NCBI GenBank assembly: GCA_047967505.1
Contig: CM106538.1
Source of the DNA: Dipteris shenzhenensis
Taxonomy: Eukaryota
Strand: one strand, 5' to 3'
DNA: 64,000 bases
The first letter of the stretch is position 1. Each line of letters begins with the position of its first letter. The notes beneath the pieces are model-generated. The model did no database searches, was not told the origin of the DNA, and saw only the letters and a program-made list of their open reading frames with translations. A program made the translations under genes and the position numbers. Below, piece by piece: positions 25,298 through 39,340 of this stretch.

Positions 25298-28198
25298 ATG
25301 GATGGAACCTATGTGGAAACATGATGAAGAGAATGCTCATGACATGTACCTCAAGTCAATTAGGTTCCAAGGTAGATTGGCTTGGACTCATAGATAGAAT
25401 CTTGAGTGAGTGTGCATTTCTCTCTCGTACTCAACAATACATGATAGGCCTCTTATATAGAGAGTGCCCTTGGAATAGTCAACACTTGTGGGATCCTTTG
25501 GTCCACATCTCTCCTTGTGGATATCCTTGATCCACATCTCCACTTCATGTAGTCCACATCCTAGGGTGGCTACTTTAATTCTTTCCTATACCATACCTTT
25601 GCCTCTAATTCATGTGCTCATGGCACCATATCTCAACACCTCCCGTTGGTGCCATGATCCATTGGCTACCGCAAGGTGGTCAAATGTGAGTTTACATTCC
25701 ATCACCTCCCCTTAGTGCATGCATTGCTACTTAAGGTGGTCAAGTGTGGCTTTTACAAGATCAAATCCTCCCCTAGGTGCTTACATGACTTTCAGGTGGT
25801 CAGGTTTGATTTACAAACATGTGGGCTAAAGGTGGCAAGGATGTTGCTTCTCAATACATGTTGTCGATGGTGTTTTCTTCTTTGCTTGATGTAGCTCGAT
25901 GCATGATGCTTTGTTCTTCCATGTGCCTTAATACTTTATGTGTGGACACCATGTTCTATGCTATGGCCATCTCATACACTTATGCTTTTGGCATGCTTAT
26001 GACAATGATGTGTGCATTCATGCTTTGATTGGTCATTTGTTGCAAAGGTCTTACCAATTGATTTCTTTCAATATTGGTAGTGTCTAATTACTAACAATGA
26101 TTTTGACTTGACAAGCGCGTAGAGCTAAACAAGAGGATCACTTTTTTTTTTGGGAGCATGTGCAAATTCCTCTTGGATTGTAAGTTACGCCTTGTCGAAG
26201 TTTTTCTAAAGAAGAGGGCTTTTGATGATGTGGCATAGGGGGCATTCACATGCTGCAATTCCAAACTGTGCTTATGAAGGGACTGTGTGCTTAGGTGGCA
26301 CGGAGTTGACTGAACCCTTGACCTAACCCAGCTGATTGGTGATTTTAACTTAACCATACTCTTAACTAACGTTTAAGATATTCAACCATGGTAAATCTCT
26401 GTCAACTGGCAGACCACTCCTCGGGTGAGTGGTGACCCTAGGGTAAGGTTACTGGAGTGCCACGTGACATCTCCTAAGGTTGTGAACCTTGGAGATGCAG
26501 AGATGGCACGGTGGCGTCGACTGCTGAGTGGCCATGGACGGAGGTCGAATGGACCTTGACGGTCAAGTTGTTGGTGCTTGGAGACCGGTTAACATTGGTC
26601 GTTGTTGGATGAGTCCAACCAAGTCGAGGACGGTGGGCTGGCCGCTACTCGTCTGGCATTGCTGCGAGGTTATCCCTCAAGGTAGAGAATTGCTTAGCTG
26701 GTAGAGGCCGTGAGCAAGGAACATCGTGAGTAGGTCGTTGCTTCTACATTGGAGTCTCCGTCTAGCCAGGGGTTGTTTGATCACAAGGAGGATCATGGGA
26801 GTAGAGGATCGGGTGCCAGTTTGGAGCTTGCAGGTCCTTGAAGGAGGTTTTGGCCATTGAGTTGGCATCGCTGCTCGTGGGTTGGCTACTGTTGTAGGTG
26901 ATATGCTGGTAGTTTGTAGAGGCTTGGAGCCCAGAGACCATAGCTAGCTTGGAGTCATTGCAGTTGCATGGTTGTTGGTGGTGCTGCAAGGCAAAAGGTC
27001 ATCTTTGCTGCTCGAAGCCTTAGGTCGTTGATGCGGTTGAGTTTGGAGCACTAGTCAACTAGACCGTTGGCTGTTGGGAGCCGAGAGTCATGGCATTGGT
27101 TGTTGATGCAGTTGAGTTTGGAGCACTACTCAACTGGAGCGTTGGCTTTTGGGAGCCGAGAGTCATGGCATTGGAGTCGCTGATTGCTATTGTGCTTGCT
27201 TCTTTGTTGAAGGCCCGCTTGTGTCATTTAGGAGGGCACTAGTTTGAACTAGCCAACTGAGTCATTGTAAGCCACCATGACCTTTGGAGCTGCTATGCAA
27301 GGTATATCTTTGAAGGGTCCCTCTCTCCAGCTAGAATAGGAAGGTCTCACTCTTATCAGAACACTAGACATTTTCTCTCTTGCAAAAGAGTAAGGAGAAT
27401 AGAGTATCTTGTACTCTCAAGGATCTAAATTCCTAGATCTCTCCCTCATGAAAAATCTCAGAGGAAATCTCCCAACAGAAATCTCTCAAAGAAATGTACG
27501 GACGGAAATCTCTCAAGAAAAACTCTCACTCTCAATGAAAATCTCTTGCAAATATCTCTCTTGCTCTCAGGGAAGGCTAAGAAATGCTCTCTATCTCTTT
27601 CTCTCAAATGGAATCGAAGAACAATACAAGGAATCACTCAATCTCACATAGACGAAAATCTCTCATGATGAACGGAAATTTCTCTATCACTCAACAGAAA
27701 TTTTCTCTCATGGAAGAGAAAACTCGATCTCTCAATCTCTCAAACTGTCACACTCTCTCATACTCTCGCATACAGATTGTAGGGCCTCAGTGGAAGGCAA
27801 AGGAGTTGTGATACCATGACAAAGCATGCATACCTCAAGATCTATGGAGCGCTCTAAGGTGGATGGAACCTGTGTAGAAACATGATGAAGAGAATGCTCA
27901 TAACATGTACCTCAAGTCAATTAGGTTCCAAGAAAGATTAGCTTGGACTCATAGACAGAATCTTGAGTGAGTGTGCATTTCTCTCTTGTACTCAACAATA
28001 CATGATAGGCCTCTTATATAGAGAGTGCCCTTGGAATAGTCAACACTTGTGGATCCTCTGGTCCACATCTCTCCTTGTAGATATCCTTAATCCACATCTC
28101 CACATCATGTAGTCCACATCCTAGGGTGGCTACTTTAATTCTTTCCTATACCATACCTTTGCCTCTAATTCGTGTGCTCATGGCACCATATCTCAACA
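25298..28198 (-). mobile_element. Non-autonomous LTR retroelement related to the 22305/23940 LTR family; no recognisable pol
   Basis: Near-identical LTRs at about 25298-25638 (left end truncated) and 27817-28198. PBS TGGTATCACAAC at 27805-27816, with a PPT next to 25639. Internal 26100-26260 resembles 22990-23150. Confidence 0.82.
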
Positions 28199-28319
28199 AA
28201 GAGTCCTATTTTAAAATGATAATTGTCATATATGAAACAAACTATAGTTTTTCAAAGTTGAAACTATGATTTCTTTCCTAATTGGACAAATCCAACAATA
28301 TTAACTAACATTGAAATTC

Positions 28320-29015
28320 TCAAACTATATTGTCTAACATGATAAACACATAAGGAAAGTTCTAAGTGTAGTCCAATGGTGTATGCAATAATGTACCCAT
28401 TAGACTAATAACATGAGACATAGCTCGGCCCTTAACTCATAGTCATCCAACAATATTTCTTTAAAATGAAATTTCCAAGCTTGCTAATAAACACATAATG
28501 AACGGTCTAAGTGTAGTCCAATGGTGTATGCATTTCAATAATGTATCCATTAGAACAATAAGGTGAGACATAGCTCAGCCCTTAACTCATAGTCATGCTC
28601 CTTTTCTTATCTAGTAAAACAAGATCTTTAGTGTACCAACAAATCTATAAAATCTACATTAGATTCCTATTTCAATGCAGTAAGCCTAATATCAAGTCTA
28701 TCAAAGATTTAAATAGCTAGAGATCACCATATGATGCAAACGTTGCTTCAAGTTCATAAGTACTTTGAGGGGAAGTATGTTCATCGCTCATCAAGCCAAA
28801 CGATGAAGATTTCAACTCATATGTCAATTGAAATGGGGGTCCAACAAACCCTGAAAAGTCCATTATGTTATAAAAGTCCATTATGTTATATATAGCAGTT
28901 GATTAATAGTATAACGATGAAGATTTCCACTCATATGTCAATTGAAACGGGGGTCCAACAAACCTTGAAAAGTTCATTTTGTTATATATAGCGGGTGATT
29001 AAGAGTATAACATAA
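28320..29015. repeat. Two local tandem duplications (about 145 bp and about 115 bp units)
   Basis: ctaagtgtagtccaatggtgtatgca...cccttaactcatagtcat occurs twice, and acgatgaagatttc(a/c)actcatatgtcaattgaaa occurs twice. Confidence 0.75.
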
Positions 29016-29249
29016 AACTAGTTCCGGGCAGGTAGCTATATTGAGCTAGAATATATATAAATGAATTTAGTGCTATTTCATAAAAATTGTTAAATAATTT
29101 TTCCATCTTGAAGTGATTGTTAAAGTGAATTTAGAACTTAGATTTTATTATAGTAGTATTTTTTGAAATACACTATAATATTATTATAAGGGTAACAATG
29201 GATGAAAATTTATCTAATATACCTAGAAGTGGTTATTATTGGAATTGTT

Positions 29250-30160
29250 ATAAATGGAGTTATATATCACTATAAACATGACGTTTTAATAAGCATTTTT
29301 TAATAACAGTTCATACATAAATGATTTTATGTGTATTGAAAAAAAGTAGTTATGCTTTGAAAACGAAAAAAATTGAGTAATATATGTTATGAATTAAGAG
29401 TCCTTCAAGAGTATGATTTAACTATAGTTTGAAATAGGAAGTCCTTTACATGTATTGAAAATGTGCTTCTACCTAAATATACTAGATTATGTCTCTATTT
29501 TTTAGAAAGTAAATTTTTTTTATAGATGCTGGATTTCCATTGAGGTTATTGTAGCCATATTTCGAGTCCATTGTGTTGAGTTCTCTTATGTATTTCTCTT
29601 CGAGTGTATCTGCTTTGCTTTTAAAGTTTTGGATGCGGTCGTTTATACATTGTTAAGTATTTTTTAAATATGTGGTTTGTTCTAGAGTTAAACGCTAGAA
29701 CGTGTTTTGTTGTTGATAGTAAGTTTGTTGAGTTACTACAAAATCTTTGTTGGCGATTCCAACATATTAGTGGATTATCCAACATCGATCTCCTTTGTAG
29801 TATACCTGTTGCTAAAGATGTAATACCTTTAGAAATGTTTAGGGATATATCGATTATAGAAAGCATTTGCATTTGAAATATGTCTGCACCTGATACATTC
29901 TGTAAATAGTCTGGATCATAGGGAACCGAGTACAACTTTTTGAATGGACTATCTATGCATGCTTTACAAGCCATTTTTGATCTATGTCCTAGGCCATTTT
30001 CTACATGCAAACTTATGAACGTATTGGATAAGTCATATGGTGTTATACTTGATTCTAGTAGTGATATCACTGATTTTAACTTTGTAAAAGAACCTGTGTT
30101 AAATTCTATTCTACCACAATATACACAATATTGCATCTTTGAAATATATTGAGAAGTGAT
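29250..30160 (-). mobile_element. Possible Helitron-type Rep-helicase N-terminal remnant (DUF6570-like)
   Basis: ORF 29621-30136 has CVYC and CKAC pairs and ends VLAFNSRTNHIFKKY, which resembles ALxWLxxxNxxY. An LEGLL remnant lies downstream. Recognition is by eye only. Confidence 0.4.
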
Positions 30161-30469
30161 TTGGTTCCATTCTTTTAGAAATCTATTGATGAATAGCCAT
30201 GAGGAGAAATCTCGATTGTAAGTGTCTTTTCTTGTTTTTTATGCTAATGCAGGAAGCACATTCTCTCCTTTCAATAAGAGACCTTTTCATTTTTGTAAAG
30301 TAAATTATATGTTGAAGTAGAAGCACCTACTTTATTTTCTCATTGTGGATGAGAGCATTAAAAATGACTTGAAATTCACCAATTCGAATAATATGCAAAG
30401 AAAATATCAAGGTTTTTAACACTTTATATTTTTCAATCAAAATTTATAACGTCTCTAGTTTATGTTGAT

Positions 30470-31040
30470 ACTAATTTGAATATAGCATATAGGAATTTGA
30501 ATGTAGCATATAGCATTTTGAATATAGAACATGGTAAATAGATCTTTCTTTTTGCACATAGGAGTTTGTGTTTAGCATATTTTTTTTTGCATATATTTGT
30601 AGCTATTTGAATTTGGGATATAGCAGTTTTCATTTATCACTTTGTATATATTTGGTAGCAATTTGAGTTTGAGATATAGCACTCTAAATTTCGTACATAT
30701 CATTTTGAATTTAGAATTAGCACTTAGCATTGATCAACTAGCATTTTTGCATTTAGCAAATAGCACTTTGTATCCAACACATAAACAAATACGCTTAACC
30801 ACACATTCGTGTGGGGGGAGAGTCGGCACATTTCCTCTCCAAATATTATAAGACCAAGGAACGTGCCCTTCCTTAGGTTCATATGATTTTGCATTTTGCA
30901 CATAGCATTTTGCATATAGTATGTAGCAATTTGAGTTTGGGATATAGAACATAGCACTTTGGATTTTGCACATGGTACTTTGTTTTTAGAAATGTATGAT
31001 TTTGTATTTCGTACATAGTATTTTGTATTTTTGAAAATTT
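30470..31040. repeat. Array of short degenerate tttgcatatagca-like repeats (possible subterminal repeats of a DNA element)
   Basis: Many copies of ttt(g/t)(c/a)atatagca(t/c) variants. Confidence 0.6.
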
Positions 31041-31797
31041 AATGGTTCAATTTTGTATTACAAAAAACTTCGAGGTTGTTGGCAATTTCCCATGCGTAGC
31101 AGCTCAAATTGCAAGCATCAATAGCATGGCCATCGAAGCAAAAAGGACGAGCTACAAGAACGTCAAGCTAATGCCAATCGAAAACTCTGAATCATCAAGC
31201 TGCCTCTATAAGGTTTTCAAGAGCAAGTACCTTTAGGAGCAACTTGGCGCACAAGAGTTGCTTGACTACTTGAAGCTACATAAGCTTGAAGAGATCAAGA
31301 ACACTCAATGCATAAATTGGAGCTCTCCCACTGTGCAGAATGAAACTGATGGAGGACTACTGTTAGTGAAAGAAGTTGAGCTTGCTAAAAGGTGTGGACA
31401 AGACTGGCTACTGAACGTTCTATCACTGGATCTCTTCACCCAAGAAAGTGATAGTGATTATAACTCAAAGGATGGGGAACTTGAGCCAAACAATGCAGTG
31501 GACATACAAAAAAGAACAATTGTACTAATCATCACGCTGCCTCTTGAATACTGTGAATCTTCACATTGCCTTTCGAATACTATGAACCTCACACAGCTTC
31601 TAGAATAGTGTGCATCTCATTACAAGTTGATAGCCGGGTCTAGTCAAAACTACTAGCCACATATTGCCTTTATACAACCCTTCATAATGGCTATGTCGTA
31701 GCCAAAATGCTTTTGATACAAGACCTTTAGCCCTCTCATACCTACACCAATCACCATGAACATATATGACATTGCCATTCCATGCTAATCCTAATTT

Positions 31798-34005
31798 TGT
31801 TAGAAATGACCCAACAGAGAGTACACACAGCGGAAGATTGATAGTAATGCCCAAGAGCTCACACAGTGTGCATGTGGGATGTGGAATCACAAACTTCTTT
31901 ACTTATATGCATAAAATATATATGCAGACTCATCAATAGACAATGAACCAGCCAGATAGAGAAACGACCAAAATAATATATTTCTGTCCAAAATTATGGA
32001 CACAATACAAAAGAGATAGATTCAGAGTCCCACCAATGGTGTGGTCCTTTGATCTTACCACAAGGTGCTTCTGTTATTTGCTAGCTATCTCTAGACTCAA
32101 GCCGCCCACGTGCTCTACCTCGAGCTTCTATAGACTTTTTGTCCAGAACGTTCCTCTCCACTTTGCTATCTAGAAACCAGACTAGGTGGGCTGCCACTCA
32201 AGCTCAGTCAGCAACTCCTTTAGGGTCACCTTCACCTCTTGTGGATAGGCCCAAGACTTGCCTTCTTGCTGCTCTTGTCTACTGTCAGAGGGCTCTGTCA
32301 GAGGGCTACTCCAGAGAATATGATGATCACAACACCTTGCTGCCCTAGAAGACAACTGAGTAGCCTCTAGGGAACTTAGTCTACAGCACACCTTCCACTC
32401 TCCTTTACCCCTTGTGTGAGGCCCAAGGGAGTGGCTTTTGGCTGATCCTGTGTGCTCCTGAACTTGCTGGATAGTTGGATGTTGAATGAGGGTTGGAGGA
32501 CCTCCTTTTATAGGGCACAAGGCCTACCCCAAAAAATCAACCAACAGCCTGGACCCAAATAGGCCAACCAGGCTGCTATAAAACTACCCTAAAAGGGCTC
32601 ACTTAACCAAGGCCATTGGCCCACAAAACTAGGGCTTTGGCCCTCACTTCAAGGCCTGATGCCCTCCTATATATGCAAGTTCCAGCCCCCTTTTGCCCTG
32701 CCATTTCTAGGCATGGTAGGCTGGCTGGAATTAGCCCTACACCTGTTTGACCAAGCTACTAGTAACCACTACCATATTGCGCTTCTGCCAGACCCTTCTT
32801 CAGTGTCGTACAGCCCCGTACATCCTGTTGAGTCATCGCGCTTTTCATGGGGATCCGTTGCAGGCCGTACGCCTGCCATGAAGCACCCCAATTTTCTGAG
32901 GCCTAAATACTTCAAATCTTAACTTTCTAGATCTAATAAATTTGGTAAGGTAGTTTCTAATAAATAAAGTACAATAGTATCCATTTCTACTGATGTAAGC
33001 ATAGAATTCTATATCGAGTATTGTTTGTCTATTTTGAGAATCCTCATCCTCAGTGTCCAATGTAGTAGTTTGAAAATGTCCAAGCCAGGGTCTTTATTCA
33101 GCCCTCAACCTGAGACTACCTTACATTTGGCAGTCCATTGGAGCAGTAGGAAGGTGTGATTGCGGGGAAGGTGTGTTTGTGGGGAACCACTACGAAGGCT
33201 ATAGAAAGTCTAGTAGATCAACACAGGCTGAAGTGTTTTGAAGTTCCCACTAGGAGGTAGGAGAACATACTCAAAAATCTCTTACAAAATGCCTTCACAG
33301 CCTAGCTAGTAGGTACTTCTGTAATTCACTGGCTGTCTCTAGACTCAAGCCGCCCGCGTGCTCCACCTCGAGCTTCTATAGAATTTTCGTCCATAATGAT
33401 CCTCTCCACCTTGCTGTTTGGAAACTAGCCTAGGTGGGCTACCACTCAAGCTCAGTCAGCAACTCCTTCAGGGTCACCTTCACCTCCTATGGATAGGCCC
33501 AAGACTTGCCTTCTTGCTGCTCCTGTCTATTGTTAGAGGGCTACTCCAGAGAATATGATGATCACAACACCTTTCTACCCTACAAGACAGCCGACCAGCC
33601 TCTAAGGAACTTAGTTTGCAACACACCTTCCACTCTCCTTCACCCCCAGTGTGAGGCCCAAGGGAGTGGCTTCTGGCTGCTCCTGTCTGCTCTTGAACTT
33701 GCTGGATAGTTGGATGTTGAATGAGGGCTAGAGGACCTCCTTTTATAGGGCACAATTCCTACCCCAAAAAACCGACCAACAACTGGTCGAGCAGGCTACT
33801 ATAGAACTACCCTAAAAGGGCTCACTTAACTAGGGCCACTAGCCCACAAAACTAGGGCTTTGGCCCTCACTTCAAGGCCTGATGCCCTCTTATATATGCA
33901 AGGTCCAGCCCCCTTTTGCCCTGCCATTTCTGGGCATGGTAGGCTAGCTGGAATCAGCCCTACCAGCCCTACACCTGGCCGACCAAGTTGCTAGTAACCC
34001 TTGCC
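31798..34005 (-). mobile_element. LTR-derived sequence of the same family as the 35751 solo LTR, with an internal duplication of about 680 bp
   Basis: 31798-32035 is the reverse complement of 36490-36730. 32088-32768 resembles 33338-33998. Confidence 0.7.
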
Positions 34006-34272
34006 ACAGCAGGCAGTAAATAATGATCTGCCTAGAGATTTCTTTAGAGGGGAGAGTGTTGAAGCAGAGGAGCAGCAAGGTAGTGAACTGGAAGGGTAGG
34101 AGAGAAGGGTTGTTCCAAACTCAGAAGTGCGAGATAGCAACCTGAGCTAACAGGTGGTACTAGTGAGGGCGGGTGGAGGGTTGGCTATGTGCACTCATGA
34201 ATTGCGAAGTAGAGCATGCGAGATGGCTGCCTGAGCAAAGAGTGCCTCACTGCAGGCTTATAGTAGCCTGCA

Positions 34273-34601
34273 GGCCAAAAATAAAACAGACCTCTACTTT
34301 TGGTAGGGCTTTTGCTTTTTTAAGCTGTCCAAGCCTAATTTGGACGCAGCTCTGGCACGCCAAAAAAAAACAGTCCCCTACTTTTGGTAGGGCTTTTGCT
34401 TTTTTAAGCTGTCCAAGCCTAATTTAAATGCAGCTCTGGCATGCCAAAAAAAACAGTCCCCTACTTTTGGTAGGGCTTTTGCTTTTTTTAGCTGTCCAAG
34501 CCTAATTTGGATGCAGTTCTAGCATGCCAAAAAAAAAAGTCCCCTACTTTTGGTAGGGCTTTTGCTTTTTTTAGCTGTCCAAGCCTAATTTGGACGCAGC
34601 T
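34273..34601. repeat. Tandem array of four ~84-bp units in the internal leader region of an LTR element
   Basis: ctacttttggtagggcttttgctttttt(a/t)agctgtccaagcctaattt occurs four times with no unique spacers. Confidence 0.9.
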
Positions 34602-35041
34602 TTCCCCTGCCTGATTCGCAACCCAACTAGTCCCTCGAGACTGTCATCACTGCGCACCTCCATCCTCACTCCAGCCATCAATACCCACTCCCTAACTCTC
34701 ATCTTGAAAGTTGCCCGTGGCCTTTCATCACGTCCTTGCTCTCTGCTTTTATTCTGAAACACGATGCTACAACTAACGAACTGCTCCTAAGCTCTTCCCC
34801 TTACAGACTACCCTTCTCATGGCCTCTCTTCCACTCCACCTTGCTTCTTGTGAATTCACCTTTTCTCTCTGTCTCTCCTTCCTTCTTTCCACCATCTATC
34901 TACCACCCTTAACCTTGAACCAATAAAACACGTGTAGGGTAATAAACATGAATTTGGAAATTAGGGCATACCTGGAGGAACAAATCATCCAAAATTCTTG
35001 GAACAGAAGTTCCCACCTCAAGAGTTGGCTCTGATACCAAT

Positions 35042-36752
35042 TGACATGTCCCAGCACTCCTGAAACCTCTGATCTGCAAGCAAACACAAGAACACACACA
35101 ACATGAGAAAACTGAGCAAGCTGCTCACCACCCAACCATGACATCTATGGGATGTGATCCCAAATCAGGAGATGTCCCCTCCGAGCCACGAGCTAAGCTA
35201 CTGGCATGAACTCCCAACCAGATCCTAACCATCCTGGTGACCCATACCATCAGGTGGCACTGTGAAGCATGGGATCTGCTGCTGGGCCTTAGGCTATGCT
35301 AAGATGCAGGTGCACATCCGTAATCCAGGATCAGACCTAGCACTTGGGAATGAAACTTGCTCCCGTCAGCTCTCTGAGAACTAAACCTTTGGGCCCCTTA
35401 TATAGACTCGGGTCCCAAGCGCCAAAAATAGCGAAGACCTCTAACTGGTTTGTACCCTTGCCACTCAACCCGAGAATCAAGCTTGCCTAACTCTAAGCCT
35501 GCCTAGGCTACCTGAGCTAGTCTCGTGTACCCAGTACATGTCAGATACCAATCCGTGCACATGACACATAGCAGGGTGATCTTGTGTTTTGAGGTTTAGT
35601 TCTTGTGTTGGCTCTAGAACCCCAATTGTTCAGCACCGAGTCGAGTCATAGTCACTGGTATTTCAGCAATTTCTCGTTCCCCTTAAAGATCCTTAGTAAA
35701 GTTACTCAGGAAGAGATCTTTATGCTTGGCAATCTGCTCATCCCTCAACTTGTTGGAAAGATCACATCCCCATCTGTAAGTCCCCATATGAGAAGAGCAT
35801 GGGGGGTGGGTGGACCTGGGTCCTAAGTGATGGCCACATGGGCAGCAAGATGGTTGCCATGGGGGTAGGAATCAGAGAGACATACCTGGAATGGTGGCAT
35901 CATCATATGCGCTGGATATGGCATGTAAGGGCAGGATCAATGCTTGGAATATGAGCCAAGAGGTGCCACATGGTGGGTGTTTGTGGATAGGCAAGTGGCT
36001 TGCATCAAGCCTAGAAACAGACACAACAATGGGGCTAGAAGAAGCACATGGCAGAGATATGGCACAATAGGGTCGGCCATAGACTAGCCTAGTTAGGGCT
36101 AGTTGGAGCCAACCAACCACGGCAAGCTATGGGCAAACAAAGGGGCTGTGCCCCTACAAAGTTATGGGCAAATTGGCCCTGGTTTTATACCCTGGGAGAG
36201 GCCAGAACAAGTCGGCCAGGAAGGGGAAAACTGACCGACCAAGTCAGCCAGTCCGTGGCACCTGGGTTGGCTGGTATTCCCAGCCCTTGGGCCTATAAAC
36301 AGAGGGCATTTCTTCCCTCATAACTCATATTTGGAGCAACCTTTTGAGGAGCAAAAAGCAGTAGGACCACGAGCCATAGTCGGGCCTTAACCTGAAGGTG
36401 AACTAAGGCAGAAGGGCTGCAGACTTAGTACACTCATTGGCAGCCCACCTAGGCTGGTTTGCAGACAACAAGGTGGAGATATCTTTTCTCTGGTGGGACT
36501 TTGGATCTATCTCTCTTTTGTATTGTGTCCATAGCTTTAGATGGAAATATATATTCTTTTGGTAGCTTCTATATCTAGCTGGATCATTGTCTATTGATGA
36601 GTCTGCACATCTATTTGATGCACATTAAGTAAAAAGTTTGTGATTCCACTCCCCCTACACACTGTGTGAGCTCTTGGGCTATTCTATTAGTCTTCCGCTG
36701 TGTGTACCCTCTGTTGGTCAATTTCTAACACAACTTCTGTTTGATGTCTACA
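35042..36752 (-). mobile_element. LTR with tRNA-iMet PBS, host of the nested solo LTR
   Basis: The minus strand reads TGTAGACATC...CATGTCA, then ATTGGTATCAGAGCCA (PBS at about 35026-35039). Confidence 0.55.
35751..36730 (+). mobile_element. Solo LTR (980 bp) with CAACT target-site duplication
   Basis: tgttggaaa...tttctaaca termini. CAACT at 35746-35750 and 36731-36735. TATA-like cctataaa near 36292. Confidence 0.85.
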
Positions 36753-36810
36753 ACCAAGTGAAAAATGTATCTCACCTATAGGTAGGATCTGTAGCTCCAT
36801 CAATCATGAC

Positions 36811-37000
36811 TCAACATCTTGAGGAAATGGATCTATGACCTCCAAATTCTTTGGTCGGCAACAACTCGAAACCTTCCGAGGGTTGGTCGGTATGACTCTT
36901 TCTTTTGATAATCATCTCTTCTGAACCCCAATCATGGAGTACTTTTGCACTCTTCAGCCAAGGTCGTCCCAATAGCATAGTACTGACGCATTTTTTGCAT
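36811..37000 (-). mobile_element. Gypsy protease C-terminal fragment
   Basis: MLLGRPWLKSAKVLHDWGSEEMII. Confidence 0.65.
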
Positions 37001-38449
37001 TTGCATTGGTGTGGATGCTCATTTAGTAGCTCCACCACCACAGCTCGTTTGTACCAGGTTTTTCATAGTCTCATAGACCCATCAGTCTTCCGAAGACTTT
37101 AATAAACTTTTTTTCTTTCTTTCTTTTTGTTGAAGGCAGTTATGCAGCAGCAGCACATGGGATGTAGATTGTGGCGATGAAATGCTTTGAAATAGGCTTG
37201 AAGGTCCACACGTGCAGGTGCAATGATCCAACCAACAAGGAAGGATGCAATTTTGTCAAGCAAATGTGTTGGCATAAACAAAATATGGAAATTGCTTGGG
37301 TCAAAGGAACTTTCCAATGTGGAAGTGCCTAGAGCCGAGCCATAAGGCCCTGATCTACAATGATCCCAAGTTTGGATTCTCCCACCTCCTTGGGAGAGGA
37401 TCACAGTATGCCACACCACCCTGACTTGAGTACATCAAGGCATAGGGTTTGCTACTTGCTCAAATCAATTTACAAGAAATTTTGCAAATTTTGTTTCCAA
37501 AGCCTAGGAATGTGCTTTGAGGTAAAGAGTTAACATACTTGAGCCAAAGCTAATTGAGTAGGCAGCACAAAATGGACATAGTAAGAAGCAATGGATTTAG
37601 CGTAAATCCACCTTTAGAAAAGTCTTGTGACTTTTGTCACAGAACAAATGTTGTGGGTATTGAAGGGATCTAAGTGGTTAAATAGAAATTAGACCAGACA
37701 CCAGATAAATTACAAGGCCAGACTTGGCAAAGGATATTCACAAATGACAATACCTTTGACCCGGCTGCTGTTTTGACTGCATTGGGCTTGTCATCTTTGG
37801 ACATGGATGTAAAGTCCACCCTCCTTAATAGATATCTAGAGGGGGAGGGGAGGGAAAGTGAGGAGGGGCGGGGTGAGGTGGGGTGGGGTAGGGAAAGAAT
37901 ATTACTAAATATTGTTATTTAGATGGGATAACTATGGACCACCATGACAAGACACTCGATACAGCCAAGTCGATAATTTTGGATGACAAACCACTACCAA
38001 ATGTTTGTCAAAGACAAGACAGCATCCCACATCCGAGAAGTATGCTCAGGAGGTCGTCAAGAGTCACATAGGGGACAGTACGCTAGTGCATATGCCATGA
38101 AGGCCAACTTGAAGGTGTTTGCTCAAGACATCTCAAACCTCATTCATCCCACACTCTGCAAGAGGAACTTGGTTCAAATCTGTATAGCTTCATGATGGGA
38201 CATGTGAGCCCATTCTAAACAGAACCTAGAGAGGCAAAATAGACCGCTCCTAAGAGGATATTGTATTATGTTTATAGCCCAAAGGATCATGAAGTAACTT
38301 GCTTGACTTTAAGAGCTATTGGGTTGGACTTAAGATCAAGTATCCTAAATCTTAGTGATTTCTTTCGTGATGGAGCACATCAACATAGCCTTCTATCAAC
38401 AAATATGCAGAAATATACCTCATAAGAGGAGAGTCAGTTCCACTCGTCC

Positions 38450-39340
38450 CGCCCAAATTGGTTTTTTCCCTGGCACTTTGAACTTCCTTGTTTATGACAC
38501 AAATAGCCCAAAACGTAATTGCTGCTGAGTATTACCTTCAAGATCTAATACACATTGCCAAAGGCATACACATCTCGAGATGAAAGCTCACTACATTTGT
38601 TATTTCGGTGGAAGCATTCGAGGATTACCTGATGATTTTCACTAGACGTTTGAATTGGGGCCATACGGTTATCATTCTGCTTTTCCACAAGCTGTTGCAA
38701 AAACACTTATTGTTGAGAAAACTAAGCACAATACTTCTGATCCCTCTGAGCCTCCACTTCCATAATCTACAAGCAAAATCAAGAAAGAAAGATTGACCAG
38801 TATCACCTCCTCCATTACTCGGCGTTCAATCTCTACTCTGAGTGCAACAAGTGCAGATGAATCCTATTAAAGATTCGACTTCTTAGACTTTGAAGACAAT
38901 TCCGCTCAGGCAAACACACATGTTTGGTACGAGGAGACTACCTCACTTGCTAGAATTTTCATGCATATTTTGGTACGGAAGCAACGTCTACAATACTCTC
39001 GCACTTCAATACAGGAACCCGTGTTAGTAGTGGGACAATTACCTTCGCCTCCGAGACCATTTTTTCCATATATTATATTCTCCCTGAGATGCATGGCATT
39101 AAATGCGCAAGCTCAAAACAAGTGCTTACTTTGAAGGTCGCAATAAGGTGGGCGGTCACGCACCCACCGCTCCTAACGGCTCTCTCAGTGCTTTGTTTGA
39201 GCAGACTCACTCGATCATACAATCTGTCCACTCGATCCCTCATGTTGGGACCAATGCCCCGGTTAGAGAAATTGATTGAATCTTTGAGCTGTAGAGAATT
39301 GCTCACAAGCACTAAAATGTCCTTCATGATCATGATGAGG
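38450..39340 (-). pseudogene. Possible F-box protein pseudogene
   Basis: MKDILVLVSNSLQLKDSINF resembles an F-box motif. Downstream frames give FFLILLVDYG...VLCLVFST, similar to F-box-associated propeller strands. Many stop codons. Confidence 0.25.

Noticed and set aside
34273-34601. Regularly spaced repeats resembling a CRISPR array
   Set aside because: The units are head-to-tail ~84-bp copies with no unique spacers, there are no cas genes, and the context is a eukaryotic LTR element.
37790-37845. Copia RT motif MDVKSTLLNRYLE
   Set aside because: An isolated ~45-bp fragment with no supporting context.
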